Below, piece after piece: positions 9,062-18,357 of a stretch of 64,000 nt of DNA (positions are counted from its first letter, which is position 1; every line of letters begins with the position of its first letter). This DNA is from Candidatus Ozemobacteraceae bacterium. Lineage in GTDB: Bacteria > Muiribacteriota > Ozemobacteria > Ozemobacterales > Ozemobacteraceae. The translations under genes and the position numbers were made by a program. Location of the stretch: NCBI GenBank assembly GCA_965140445.1, contig OZ223236.1:1376001-1440000 (forward strand), given 5' to 3'. The notes beneath the pieces are model-generated. The model made no database searches. It saw only the letters and a list, made by a program, of their open reading frames with translations, and was not told the origin of the DNA.

Positions 9062-10855
9062 TCAGGATTCTCCCATTTCCAGTTTAAGGTGATCCATTCG
9101 TTTTTTTGTTTTTTCTATATTCAGATCAGAAAACTTTTCAGGTAAAAAGCACTTATCTGTGCATTCAACCACTGCTGCAAGATCCATGTATTCAAGTCTG
9201 GCAGAGTGAGCCATTGGTCGGTAATTTTCCATGGCTGCTTGAACAAAATGCTTTATTGGCTTTGCATCTTCGTCTTCAGCTTGAAGTTCGTACATTCTGG
9301 AAGCCATAATGAGAATGCCTTCCATTTCATTTCCACCAAAATCCATTGCCTCAGGGAAATCAGGAACGTCTTCAGGTTGAATTTCAATTCTATTTTTCTT
9401 TGAAAGGGCCAGAAATAGTTCCTTTTTATCTTCAGCAGTTTGAGGAGCAAAGAGAGGAATGTGAACATCGAGTCTTCCAACACGCTTCAAATCAACTTCT
9501 AAAAGGTCTGGGCGAGAAGTCGCAAATATCCAGAAAATTTTTCCTCTATTTCTGGTGTTTGCCATTTCTCTGGCTAACATTGCATATATTCGCCCGGAAA
9601 CGCCTGAATCACCAGAGTTGCTATTTCGCTTTCCAGCGACCTGGTCAGCTTCATCAATGAATACGATAACCTGACCCATTGCGTGAAGAATTTTAAATAT
9701 GGCTTCGAGGTTTCCTTCTGTCGCACCAACCCATTTGTCACGGAAGTTTTTAAGCTCAACACAAGGAACGCCAGCTTCACCCGCAAAGCATTCCACGAGA
9801 TAGGTTTTACCAGTTCCAATTCTTCCGGTAATCAAATAGCCCATCGGTAAAGCTTTTAGCTTTCCTTTTTTCATCAAAAGAGCATCTTGCCTTAACCACT
9901 TTTTTGCTTCTCTATGGGCGGCAACATCTTCAAGAGTTCGTGTTGATTCAACAAAAACTATTCTGCCGCCAGCAGACTTTTCAATCATCTCTTTTTTTAC
10001 TTCGCGCAAATAATCCATAGTGATTCTTCTATTGTTTTTAGAAGCTCTTTCTATAAGATTTTGAACGTCAATTAAAGAGAGCCCTTCAAGCTTTTGAGCC
10101 AGTGATTCTCTGCTAACATCGCAGAAGTTACTGAAGTCGTCTATTTTTGCGGTTACGGATTTTACAAAATGCAAAACTTCTAACGAGGTTGGAAGTTCAA
10201 TTTGGATCTTCGCTGAACGGGGATTTTCAACCAGTTGACGATTCATGTCGTTCAGGTTTTCTGCAATCAGGCATGTCGAAACATATGCATTGTTGATATT
10301 GGGATCAGATGCCCAATCAAGAACCCTGATCAGAGTTTCTACTGATTCTGCACTGGTATAGGCTATTTCGGCTCTGGGCAACAGGTATTGTGCGTAATCA
10401 ACAATTACTGCAATTCTAATGGGATTGGAAACTATATTTCCCTTTGGATCTGTGCTGGTTCGATTGAGGCCGTATCTGATAAACCTATCAATCAGAGAAA
10501 GGGCTTTTTTGGGCTCTTTGGGAAGCATGTTGCCCATGTCCAAAGGATTATTGTTGCGATTGTTGGAAAAGCTTGTGTGGTGAAAATTGTCAAAAGTTTT
10601 CAAAAAATTGAAGAAAATTTCTCCACCTTTTGTTGTTCTAATTCCATGTCCACGGTCATAGCAAATTACAACTTCAAATGGAGAAAACATTATGTGGGTA
10701 AGAAAATCTTTCAGGCTATGGCATTTAAGCTGTTGTTCTGCCTCGGACTCAAAAATGACCCAATCATCTATATTGCCATATAATACAAACTGACTTATAG
10801 AGCCGCTTTTGAAGATTTCGGCCATTTCGCTGGCCCAACTTGGGTAGTTTGCCAT
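9062..10855 (-). CDS. Classical-clade AAA+ ATPase with a degenerate N-terminal domain
   Basis: Walker A GRIGTGKT, pore loop DKWVGATE, Walker B VFIDEAD, SRH ATSRPDLLEVDLKRVGRLD. Confidence 0.92.
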   Translation of the reverse strand: MANYPSWASEMAEIFKSGSISQFVLYGNIDDWVIFESEAEQQLKCHSLKDFLTHIMFSPFEVVICYDRGHGIRTTKGGEIFFNFLKTFDNFHHTSFSNNRNNNPLDMGNMLPKEPKKALSLIDRFIRYGLNRTSTDPKGNIVSNPIRIAVIVDYAQYLLPRAEIAYTSAESVETLIRVLDWASDPNINNAYVSTCLIAENLNDMNRQLVENPRSAKIQIELPTSLEVLHFVKSVTAKIDDFSNFCDVSRESLAQKLEGLSLIDVQNLIERASKNNRRITMDYLREVKKEMIEKSAGGRIVFVESTRTLEDVAAHREAKKWLRQDALLMKKGKLKALPMGYLITGRIGTGKTYLVECFAGEAGVPCVELKNFRDKWVGATEGNLEAIFKILHAMGQVIVFIDEADQVAGKRNSNSGDSGVSGRIYAMLAREMANTRNRGKIFWIFATSRPDLLEVDLKRVGRLDVHIPLFAPQTAEDKKELFLALSKKNRIEIQPEDVPDFPEAMDFGGNEMEGILIMASRMYELQAEDEDAKPIKHFVQAAMENYRPMAHSARLEYMDLAAVVECTDKCFLPEKFSDLNIEKTKKRMDHLKLEMGES

Positions 10856-10867
10856 AACTTAATTCCT

Positions 10868-11752
10868 TTATTCCATTTCAATTGGTGGTGGTTGCGGATT
10901 GAAAGCCTGGGGATCAACATCAATTTCAAGGTCTGGTCCACTAAGCTTTCTAAGAAAGTCAGAGTGTGAGCTGAGCCATACCTCTGTTTCTCCAAGAGTG
11001 GAGTTAATTTTATCAATATTTGAGCTAAGTCCTTCCGGACTGCTATCAAGTGCTATTTCTTCACGAACAAGCTCTAATTGACTTTCAATTCTTTGAAGTT
11101 CCATTTCTACCAGCATTTCGTTTTCTTTAGCGCGTGAGAGGTTGTCCAGTCGCTTTTGCTGAATCTCAATATTTCCCTTTAGTGATTTTTCAAGGGCTGC
11201 GCTTACGTTTTCCTTTTTTAACTCTTTTTCAAGGCGACGTATTTCGTTGTGAATCTGATCTGATTTAACTCTAGAAAGGCTTGTATGGATAAGGTGTTTG
11301 GTTTTTAGCAACTTTAAAAATAGCGTTGGTAACTGATTCAAAGTTCTTTGTTTTTCAGTATTCAAAAAACCAGATGCCGATTCGGCATTCCAATCCATTA
11401 ATTTGTTAATTTCTTTCATATTTGCATTTAGATTATTCAAGCGAGTTCGTAATTCAGGGGCCAAACTGTTTACCATTTGGCTGATTTTCGAAGAAGCTGC
11501 TTGTTTTATCTCCAGAAGCTGTTTACCTTCTACGTATTTTTGAAATCTTGGATTTGTGGAAAGATACCAAAGGTAGACAAATTCCAGGGCCATTCCCAAA
11601 AACCAGAAGCCTGGGTTTCCAAAGCCTAGAATAAAAGAGCCGAGAATAAACATCTTATTGATGGGAATTTCTCCCATTCCTTTGATGTCTAAGCCTGCAT
11701 TAAAGGCCTCTGAAAGATAGTCTGAAAAGCCTGGTTTATCAATAGGTTTCAT
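10868..11752 (-). CDS. Membrane protein: N-terminal hydrophobic hairpin (2 TM) plus long coiled coil and Pro-rich tail
   Basis: MFILGSFILGFGNPGFWFLGMALEFVYLWYL hydrophobic block, then heptad-rich helices; ATGA-coupled to the ABC ATPase gene. Confidence 0.8.
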   Translation of the reverse strand: MKPIDKPGFSDYLSEAFNAGLDIKGMGEIPINKMFILGSFILGFGNPGFWFLGMALEFVYLWYLSTNPRFQKYVEGKQLLEIKQAASSKISQMVNSLAPELRTRLNNLNANMKEINKLMDWNAESASGFLNTEKQRTLNQLPTLFLKLLKTKHLIHTSLSRVKSDQIHNEIRRLEKELKKENVSAALEKSLKGNIEIQQKRLDNLSRAKENEMLVEMELQRIESQLELVREEIALDSSPEGLSSNIDKINSTLGETEVWLSSHSDFLRKLSGPDLEIDVDPQAFNPQPPPIEME

Positions 11753-12924
11753 TGTGCTTTTCCACCAATCTCAATGAATTTTGTTGTTAGCTTCTTTAAA
11801 GCTGCTTTGAATTCTTCACTTTCCTGTACCTGCAGCGGTGTTAGCCCTGGTATTTTGCCAATTTCTTCTGGGACGATTGTAATTTGTTCTACAATTCTCC
11901 CGGGGTTGCTTGCAAACAGGTAAATCCTATCGCTTAAGTAGAGAGCTTCGGCGATGGAGTGAGTGATTATAAAAACCGTAGCTTCTACTTCATTCCACAG
12001 GTCTGTAATAAGCTGCTGCATCTCAATTCTAGTAGGTTCGTCCAGAGCTGAAAACGGTTCATCCATTAGAATTATTCTTGGTTTCAGAACAAGGGTTCTT
12101 GCAATGGCAACTCTCTGCTGTTGTCCTCCAGAAAGCTGATAGGGATACTTATCTTCATGTCCCTTTAGTCCAACTTTGTTGATCATGTCCAGTGCAAGTC
12201 GCTTGCGCGTTTCGGGAGAATAGCCAAAATGTTCGTCATTTAATTCCAAGCCAAAAAGGACGTTTTCAAGTACGGTTAAATGTGGGAAAGAGCTGTATTT
12301 TTGAAAAATCATACCGCGATCTCTGCCAGGGCCTTTTACCGGTTTATTACGAATTGTAATTTCTCCGGAGGTGGCTGGGCCAACTTCCTGAAACCCTTGT
12401 ATAAGATTTAAAACAGTTGATTTTCCACAACCCGAGGGGCCTATTAGGGCGATAAATTCTCCTACTTCAGGTAAATCCTCAATATTAAAGGTAACGTCCT
12501 TTAATGCGGTGAATTCATGTGGTGTTCCCTGATTAAAAACTTTTGACACTTTATTGAATCGGACAATTGAAGGATAATGCTCTTTGCCTTGCTCATTATG
12601 TTTTTCTAATTCTTCGTTAGGAAATCCTGGAAGATTGTTTTGTTGAGGTTCGGCGGTGTTATCAGCAGACTCATCATTCTTGAAAAGAAACTCAGCTGCG
12701 TTTTTTACATCATTGGAAACTGAATTTTCGCGAGTTATTTTGTCTAAATTGGCTTTTTCATCGCTTGGACCAGGATTTTCAATTTCTCTTTTTACTGGTG
12801 CGACTACTTTTTTGGTTGATTTATCGTCAGATTTTTCAGTTGTCGCGTCGTCGAAATTGTAAAAAAGGCTAAGTGCTTTTTTCCATAGTGGGGTTTCTGA
12901 GTTGGGTTCTTTTTTATAACTCAT
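11749..12924 (-). CDS. ABC transporter ATP-binding protein (TauB/SsuB-like) with a long N-terminal extension
   Basis: GPSGCGKST, LSGGQQQR, ILMDEPFSALD, ITH; about 115 extra N-terminal residues. Confidence 0.95.
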   Translation of the reverse strand: MSYKKEPNSETPLWKKALSLFYNFDDATTEKSDDKSTKKVVAPVKREIENPGPSDEKANLDKITRENSVSNDVKNAAEFLFKNDESADNTAEPQQNNLPGFPNEELEKHNEQGKEHYPSIVRFNKVSKVFNQGTPHEFTALKDVTFNIEDLPEVGEFIALIGPSGCGKSTVLNLIQGFQEVGPATSGEITIRNKPVKGPGRDRGMIFQKYSSFPHLTVLENVLFGLELNDEHFGYSPETRKRLALDMINKVGLKGHEDKYPYQLSGGQQQRVAIARTLVLKPRIILMDEPFSALDEPTRIEMQQLITDLWNEVEATVFIITHSIAEALYLSDRIYLFASNPGRIVEQITIVPEEIGKIPGLTPLQVQESEEFKAALKKLTTKFIEIGGKAQ

Positions 12925-14090
12925 CTTTCTTTACTCCTGTATGGAAACAGCTCTTTTCCAACCTTTTCCCAAATTTTGTCTGTTATAAATGCCATAACGA
13001 CAATGGCAATTAGAACCAGATAGATATCTTCTCTTGGGCCTCGTCTCTGACTGGTCAGAATCAAAGTTCCGACCCCCTTGGAGCCCATGTCAACCATTTC
13101 GGCAAGGATAATATATCCCCATCCAATTCCAAAACCAAGTCGCATTGAATTAAATATTTGTGGCATGGCGATGGGGAGAAGGATCTTATTCATAACTTGA
13201 AATTTACTTGCCCCTAATGTGTAGCCTGTTTGAAGATAAACATTATCGACTTCTTCAAGCGCTTTAACAAAAAGTGGCATTAGATAAATTGCAAAACCCA
13301 ATGCCAGAAACATTATTTTTTGAAATTCAGTAGTTCCAAAAAGACACATTGTGAGAGGAACAAGGGCTGGAATGGGTAAATACCCGCCAAAAAGCATAAG
13401 TGGCGATAGCAGCGCCTGAAATTTTGAAAAGGTTCCCATTAAAAGAGTTGTTGGAAAGACAACAAGAAATGCTACCAGGAACCCGGCGGCTACTCTTAAA
13501 AAACTATATAAAATATTTAGTGGTAGATCTCTATCAGTCCATAAAGAAGGGAATGAACGTAAAACCTCAGCGGGGCTTGGTAAGATAACCGGGGCGAATA
13601 TTCTTGTTTCAATAACTTCAAATCTATAACTGATAACCTGGGGTTGTGATGCGAGGCTTTCTGTTGAACTCGCGCTTAAAGAAGTCGTTTCTGACGCAAG
13701 TTGAAGTGGGGTTCTGGCAATTATTTTCCCAGCTGGGAGGGTTATTCTGACTCCGTTACTTATTTTTCTTGATGGAAGATTTTTCAGTTCGAAGCGAAAA
13801 TTTTCTTTTTTTATGAATGTTTTGGTTGCTTCGCCCTCGCCAGTGTATTCCAGGGACCAGCCCAATAAAGACATTCTTACCCGATCAGTGTATTTGGTTC
13901 CAATTGCTGGAGTTGTCTTGCTTGACCCTTCAAAAATTCCCTCTGGAAGTTTAATAACTTCCTTGCTGCCCATTGTAGTAATGATCCATAAAATCAGGAT
14001 AAAAACAATGGGAATCAGTCCGAGAATAATCTTTTCTGTTGTGGGTACATTTACTCTAATGCCAAGAGGATTATTAAATAACTTTTTCAT
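12921..14090 (-). CDS. ABC transporter permease (TauC/SsuC-like) with an extracytoplasmic insertion
   Basis: LPSPAEV, SFLRVAAGF, EAA-like loop TGYTLGAS..ILLPIAMP, GWGYIILAEM. Confidence 0.92.
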   Translation of the reverse strand: MKKLFNNPLGIRVNVPTTEKIILGLIPIVFILILWIITTMGSKEVIKLPEGIFEGSSKTTPAIGTKYTDRVRMSLLGWSLEYTGEGEATKTFIKKENFRFELKNLPSRKISNGVRITLPAGKIIARTPLQLASETTSLSASSTESLASQPQVISYRFEVIETRIFAPVILPSPAEVLRSFPSLWTDRDLPLNILYSFLRVAAGFLVAFLVVFPTTLLMGTFSKFQALLSPLMLFGGYLPIPALVPLTMCLFGTTEFQKIMFLALGFAIYLMPLFVKALEEVDNVYLQTGYTLGASKFQVMNKILLPIAMPQIFNSMRLGFGIGWGYIILAEMVDMGSKGVGTLILTSQRRGPREDIYLVLIAIVVMAFITDKIWEKVGKELFPYRSKER

Positions 14091-14106
14091 TTCAACCTTA
14101 GCTATG

Positions 14107-14141
14107 AGAAAAGCGGGGAATAAGGAATCCCCCGCTTTTCT
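14107..14141 (-). terminator. Intra-operon stem-loop / intrinsic terminator after the SBP-OmpA gene
   Basis: Perfect 12-bp inverted repeat AGAAAAGCGGGG-N11-CCCCGCTTTTCT; the minus-strand RNA has a GC stem followed by UUUUCU. Confidence 0.75.
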
Positions 14142-14146
14142 TTGTA

Positions 14147-15784
14147 TTAGTTACTTTCTGGAGGATATACAGATATTTCAACGCGGCGGTTAAGCGCCTG
14201 ATTATTTACATTTGAAGGGTCTGCAGGAACATCCCATCCACTACCTTCAACTACAAACTTTTTAGGGTCAAATTTGTATTTCTTGATGAGAGCTTGTTTT
14301 ACAGCTTCTGCTCTATCGTTACTCAGATTCTTAACTACGCTAACTGGTATTTTGCCTTTCATTGAACTGTCGGTATGACCAACAATAGCTACAACTGCCC
14401 GGTCATATGCTCCAACAAGTCTTGCAACCTTGTCCATTGTCAGCTCTACATTTGGATCATACAGAGTGTTTGGCATTGGTTTCCCAGTGAGGTCATGAGC
14501 AGGCTCGTAAATATTAGATGAATTAGGATAGAAGTTTATTCTTACTGTTTGAGTAATGATAGGAGCTTCTGCATTAATTTTTTTATAGGTCGTTGGAACA
14601 AACTTGCTGATGTATTTGTCAGTATGGTTTTTAAATTTGCCTTCTTTTTCTAGTTCTTTTGCAAGTGTAAAATCCATAACCTGATTGAACGGAACGCCTT
14701 CTTCAATCAAACCTGCCTGGTTGTATATAAAATTGATGTTTTTCCAGGTTCTTTCAAAGTTTGTTGGGTTGTTTGCATTTAAGAAAAATTCTTTGTTTTC
14801 TGCAAAGTTTGTTGGATGGGAATCAGCTTCCATGGCTGTCACATCTTCTACTTTCATTCCATAGCCATCTGCCATCCATTGGAAGGCCTTTGCTTTGAAT
14901 GTTGCATTTTCAAGAAGATCCATGCCTTCGTAGATGCCTTCCACAAGACCTTTTACTATTTCAGGTTTATCTCTTGCAAAGTCAGCTCTAACAGCCCAAA
15001 CATCAGCAATAAGCTTGTTTGCTTCTGCTGTTGTGGTAAGAATTCTGGTTCCGGCAACTTTTTCAGGGATTGTATAAACATCTGGGGCCCAACTTACACA
15101 AGCATCGATAGATTTGTCAGAAACAAATGCTGCTGCAGCTTCGAAGGCTGTGGAAGTATATTTATGGGTAACTTCGTCTAATCCAATTCCTGCATTAATC
15201 AAAAGGTTACTTATAAAGTATTGAGAGGGGCTGTTTTGGGCATAAACAATAGTTTTGCCTTTCAGGTCGGCAACGGATTTAATTCTTGTTCTTACAACAA
15301 TTCCATCTCCGCCACAGGACCAGTCAATTTGCTGGAAAATACGTGGAGCGGTTCTGCTGTCTTTCATCAGTCCTGGGGCAAAAAGGGCTATCATGTCAAG
15401 AGTTCCCCAAAGAACATGGCTGTTTCCTGTTGCGTAAGAGTCTCTTGCTGCAACTGGATCATCAATAAGTTTTAAATCTACTTTAAAACCAAACTTTTTG
15501 AAGAAAACGCTTTCTTCGTTTGGTGCAAATCCGTGGTTAGCGGCAATAATTGGAAGCCATCCTGCCCAAACGTTGATTGGAAAAACAACAATTTTTTCTT
15601 TGTCATCCCATTTATAGGAAGAAGTGCCTTTTACAGGAGGTAAAAGTTCTCTTGGAACAAATTTGTATTCCTTTACAGTAGTTACGCTGTTTGTGTCAGG
15701 CGCTTCAACTTGGGCTGAAGCCATGCCTGTAAAAGCTATAAACAAAGCTAAAAGTAGAAAACAAAAAGTATTTCGTAATTTCAT
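14147..15784 (-). CDS. Solute-binding protein (SsuA/NMT1-like type 2 PBP) fused to an OmpA-like peptidoglycan-binding domain; cleavable signal peptide
   Basis: Signal ending ASA|Q; DWSCGGDGIVVR..IKSVADLKGKTI; C-terminal IVGHTDS, LSNDRAEAVK, NRRVEI. Start at 15784 follows a GGGAG RBS. Confidence 0.88.
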   Translation of the reverse strand: MKLRNTFCFLLLALFIAFTGMASAQVEAPDTNSVTTVKEYKFVPRELLPPVKGTSSYKWDDKEKIVVFPINVWAGWLPIIAANHGFAPNEESVFFKKFGFKVDLKLIDDPVAARDSYATGNSHVLWGTLDMIALFAPGLMKDSRTAPRIFQQIDWSCGGDGIVVRTRIKSVADLKGKTIVYAQNSPSQYFISNLLINAGIGLDEVTHKYTSTAFEAAAAFVSDKSIDACVSWAPDVYTIPEKVAGTRILTTTAEANKLIADVWAVRADFARDKPEIVKGLVEGIYEGMDLLENATFKAKAFQWMADGYGMKVEDVTAMEADSHPTNFAENKEFFLNANNPTNFERTWKNINFIYNQAGLIEEGVPFNQVMDFTLAKELEKEGKFKNHTDKYISKFVPTTYKKINAEAPIITQTVRINFYPNSSNIYEPAHDLTGKPMPNTLYDPNVELTMDKVARLVGAYDRAVVAIVGHTDSSMKGKIPVSVVKNLSNDRAEAVKQALIKKYKFDPKKFVVEGSGWDVPADPSNVNNQALNRRVEISVYPPESN

Positions 15785-15798
15785 ATTCACTCCCAAAA

Positions 15799-16566
15799 TC
15801 AGTAATTTTTTTCCGATGGTCCCATTTCTCTTCTTGGTGGTTCAAGAACTGGTTCAGCATCTTCTATTTCATTTAAAGTTTCTCCGCCTATGTCTAAGCC
15901 ATTCATGGCCGCGAATTCAGCTAGAGCAGCGTCACCCAAAGCTTCCTGTTCGCTTTCTTTCATGGCTACGCCAGAAGTGTCTATTGAACCGGCGGCAACT
16001 CTGGCTCGGCCAGCAGCTTTGTCTCTTCTTTCTTCAAGTGCTTCAGAGATCCTGTTCACAGTGTCACCAGATCCTCCAATTCCTGTGATCATACCCTTTG
16101 CCATTTCCTGAAGTTCTGCTTGTGCTTCAAGCATCTGAGTCTCACTGACAAGGCTTTGGAGCTTTTCAATTTTGGCTTGTGCTTCTCTAATAGAGACATC
16201 TCTGGATTTTTCAAGATCCTTGAATGTTTTATCAGCCATTTCAAGCTGTTGCTGATTTTCTTCGAGCTGTTGCTTTACTGTTTGGAGCTGCAGGGCAAGC
16301 TGTCCAGCAACTCTTTTGTTGCCAGCCTTAAGATTTGCCGTAATTTTGGCAGTAAGTTCCTTTTCTTTTCGTCCAAGCGTTTTTACTTGTCGCATCAGCC
16401 TTTCGGTAAAGGCTGCATGATTAGCAAGGTTCTCATTGAATCTTGCAATCTGGTGTCTGAGGTTCTCTTTTTCTGCCTCAATAAGCGCTTCTGGATTAGC
16501 GGACTCAAGGCCACTAATGAAAAGACTAAGAAAGCCTCTAATTAAATTTTTTAATCTTTGGTACAT
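15799..16566 (-). CDS. pspA: PspA/IM30 (ESCRT-III superfamily) protein
   Basis: N-terminal amphipathic helix MYQRLKNLIRGFLSLFISGLE followed by NPEALIE, long coiled coil, AGNKRVAGQLA hairpin tip, AAGRARVA, C-terminal ALAEF helix. Confidence 0.85.
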   Translation of the reverse strand: MYQRLKNLIRGFLSLFISGLESANPEALIEAEKENLRHQIARFNENLANHAAFTERLMRQVKTLGRKEKELTAKITANLKAGNKRVAGQLALQLQTVKQQLEENQQQLEMADKTFKDLEKSRDVSIREAQAKIEKLQSLVSETQMLEAQAELQEMAKGMITGIGGSGDTVNRISEALEERRDKAAGRARVAAGSIDTSGVAMKESEQEALGDAALAEFAAMNGLDIGGETLNEIEDAEPVLEPPRREMGPSEKNY

Positions 16567-16587
16567 GGCGCAACTCCTTTGGTTTTG

Positions 16588-18357
16588 CTATCTTTCTGGT
16601 GTAAATACTTGGATTTCAACTCTTCTGTTTAGAGCCTGGTTCAGTTTGTCGGATGGATCAGCAGGTTCGGACCACCCTTTCCCGGTAACAATCAATTTAT
16701 TTGATGGAAATTTATACTTTCTGATTAAAGCATTTCTTACTGAATTTGCTCGATCCTGTGAAAGATCTTTTACTGCTTTTTCAGGCACTTTACCTTTCAT
16801 AGAACTGTCTGTATGACCTACTATCGCCACAGTTGCTCGCTCATACTGTCCAACCATTCGAGCTATTTTTTCAAGTGTGGCGTCAACTGACGGATCATAT
16901 AGAGTGTTTCTGATGGGTTGCCCAAATTCGTTGTGTTCAGGCTCGTAAATATTATCAGAGTTGGGATAAAAATTGATTCTAACCGTTTGTGTAATTACAG
17001 GAGCTTCAGCTGAAACTTTTCTGTAACTTGTTGGAACAAAGCGGCTAACCTGAATTGCACTTTGATTTTTGAACTGCCCTGATGATTCAAGCTCTTTAAT
17101 GATCGAGAAATCTACTATTTCATCAAATCTGACTGGAGTTCCAATTAACCCCAATTCTCTATAGACAAATATTATATTTTTCCAGGTTCTTTCAAAATTG
17201 GTTGGGCTGTTTTTATTAAGAAAGAAGTTTTTGTTTTCTGCAAAATTAGTGGTATAGGCATCAGCTTCCATGGATTTGATATCATCAAATTTCATTCCAT
17301 AACCATCAGCCATCCATTGAAAAGCTTTTACCTTGGTTGTGTTGTTTTTTAAAAGGTCCATACCTTCAAAAATACCTGCAACCAGACCTTTTATTATATC
17401 TGGATGATCCTTGGCAAAGTCAGCTCTAGCAGCCCATACATCAGTGATTAACCTATTTGCATCTGCTGTCGTCGTAAGGATTCTGGTGCCAGCGATTTTT
17501 TCGGGAATTGTATAAATGTCTGGAGCCCAGCTTACACAAGCGTTTATGCTGGAGTCTGAAACAAATGCTGCTGCAGCTTCAAAAGCTGTTGAAGTGTATT
17601 TATGCTTAACTTTTGAAGGAGAAATTCCCGCATTAATAAGGAGGTTGTTAATAAAATACTGTGAAGGACTATTTTGAGCGTAAACAATAGTTTTACCTTC
17701 AAGATCCTTCACTGATCTAATGTTACCTCTTACAACAATTCCGTCTCCCCCGCTTGACCAATCAATTTGCTGGAAAATTCTTGGTGCGGTTCGGCTATCT
17801 TTCATAAGCTCAGGAGAAAACAGGGCGATCATGTCCAGGGTTCCCCAAAGAACGTGGGATTCGCCTGAAGCAAATGAATCTCTGGCTATTACAGGGTCGT
17901 CAATTAGTTTCAGATCAACTTTGAAACCATATTTTTTGAAGAAAACGCTTTCTTCATTGGGAGCAAAGCCATGATTTGCAGCAATAATTGGAAGCCAACC
18001 AAACCATACGTTTATTGGAAAGACAACAATTTTCTCTTCTTCATTCCATTTGTAACCGGAGACACCTTTCACTGGTGGAAGAGTTTCTCTTGGAACATAA
18101 TTATATTCCTGTACGGTGGTTATGCCCGTGCTGTCAGGAGCTTCAACTTGTGCGCTGACATTGTTTGAGGCAGGAGGAACTGTAGATGAAGTGTTGCTTG
18201 AATTTGTTGAGGTGGCAACCGGGTTATTATTGGAAGAAGGGAAAAGTTTATTCCTTATCTCGGGTGAAAAAGAAACCGCTGCGGCTGCAATACACCCAAC
18301 AATAAAGGTAAACATTACTAATTTGCCCAGTGGAGTAGGGCCCATATCGTTGCTCAC
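16588..18357 (-). CDS. Membrane-anchored solute-binding protein-OmpA fusion, paralogue of 14147-15784
   Basis: GTG start with GAGGAGG RBS; N-terminal hydrophobic helix and Ser/Asn/Thr linker; same SBP and OmpA motifs (IVGHTDS, NRRVEI). Confidence 0.88.
   Translation of the reverse strand: MSNDMGPTPLGKLVMFTFIVGCIAAAAVSFSPEIRNKLFPSSNNNPVATSTNSSNTSSTVPPASNNVSAQVEAPDSTGITTVQEYNYVPRETLPPVKGVSGYKWNEEEKIVVFPINVWFGWLPIIAANHGFAPNEESVFFKKYGFKVDLKLIDDPVIARDSFASGESHVLWGTLDMIALFSPELMKDSRTAPRIFQQIDWSSGGDGIVVRGNIRSVKDLEGKTIVYAQNSPSQYFINNLLINAGISPSKVKHKYTSTAFEAAAAFVSDSSINACVSWAPDIYTIPEKIAGTRILTTTADANRLITDVWAARADFAKDHPDIIKGLVAGIFEGMDLLKNNTTKVKAFQWMADGYGMKFDDIKSMEADAYTTNFAENKNFFLNKNSPTNFERTWKNIIFVYRELGLIGTPVRFDEIVDFSIIKELESSGQFKNQSAIQVSRFVPTSYRKVSAEAPVITQTVRINFYPNSDNIYEPEHNEFGQPIRNTLYDPSVDATLEKIARMVGQYERATVAIVGHTDSSMKGKVPEKAVKDLSQDRANSVRNALIRKYKFPSNKLIVTGKGWSEPADPSDKLNQALNRRVEIQVFTPER

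Noticed and set aside
9062..10855. Naming the AAA+ as vps4, ftsH or pspF
   Set aside because: No MIT domain, no TM or protease domain, and no GAFTGA motif is visible; only the classical AAA clade assignment is supported.
14147..18357. Direct DNA repeats of about 18-20 bp (e.g. ttgaagaaaacgctttcttc near 15498 and 17936) as possible CRISPR or recombination repeats
   Set aside because: They are conserved codons of the two paralogous SBP-OmpA genes; there is no regular repeat-spacer periodicity.
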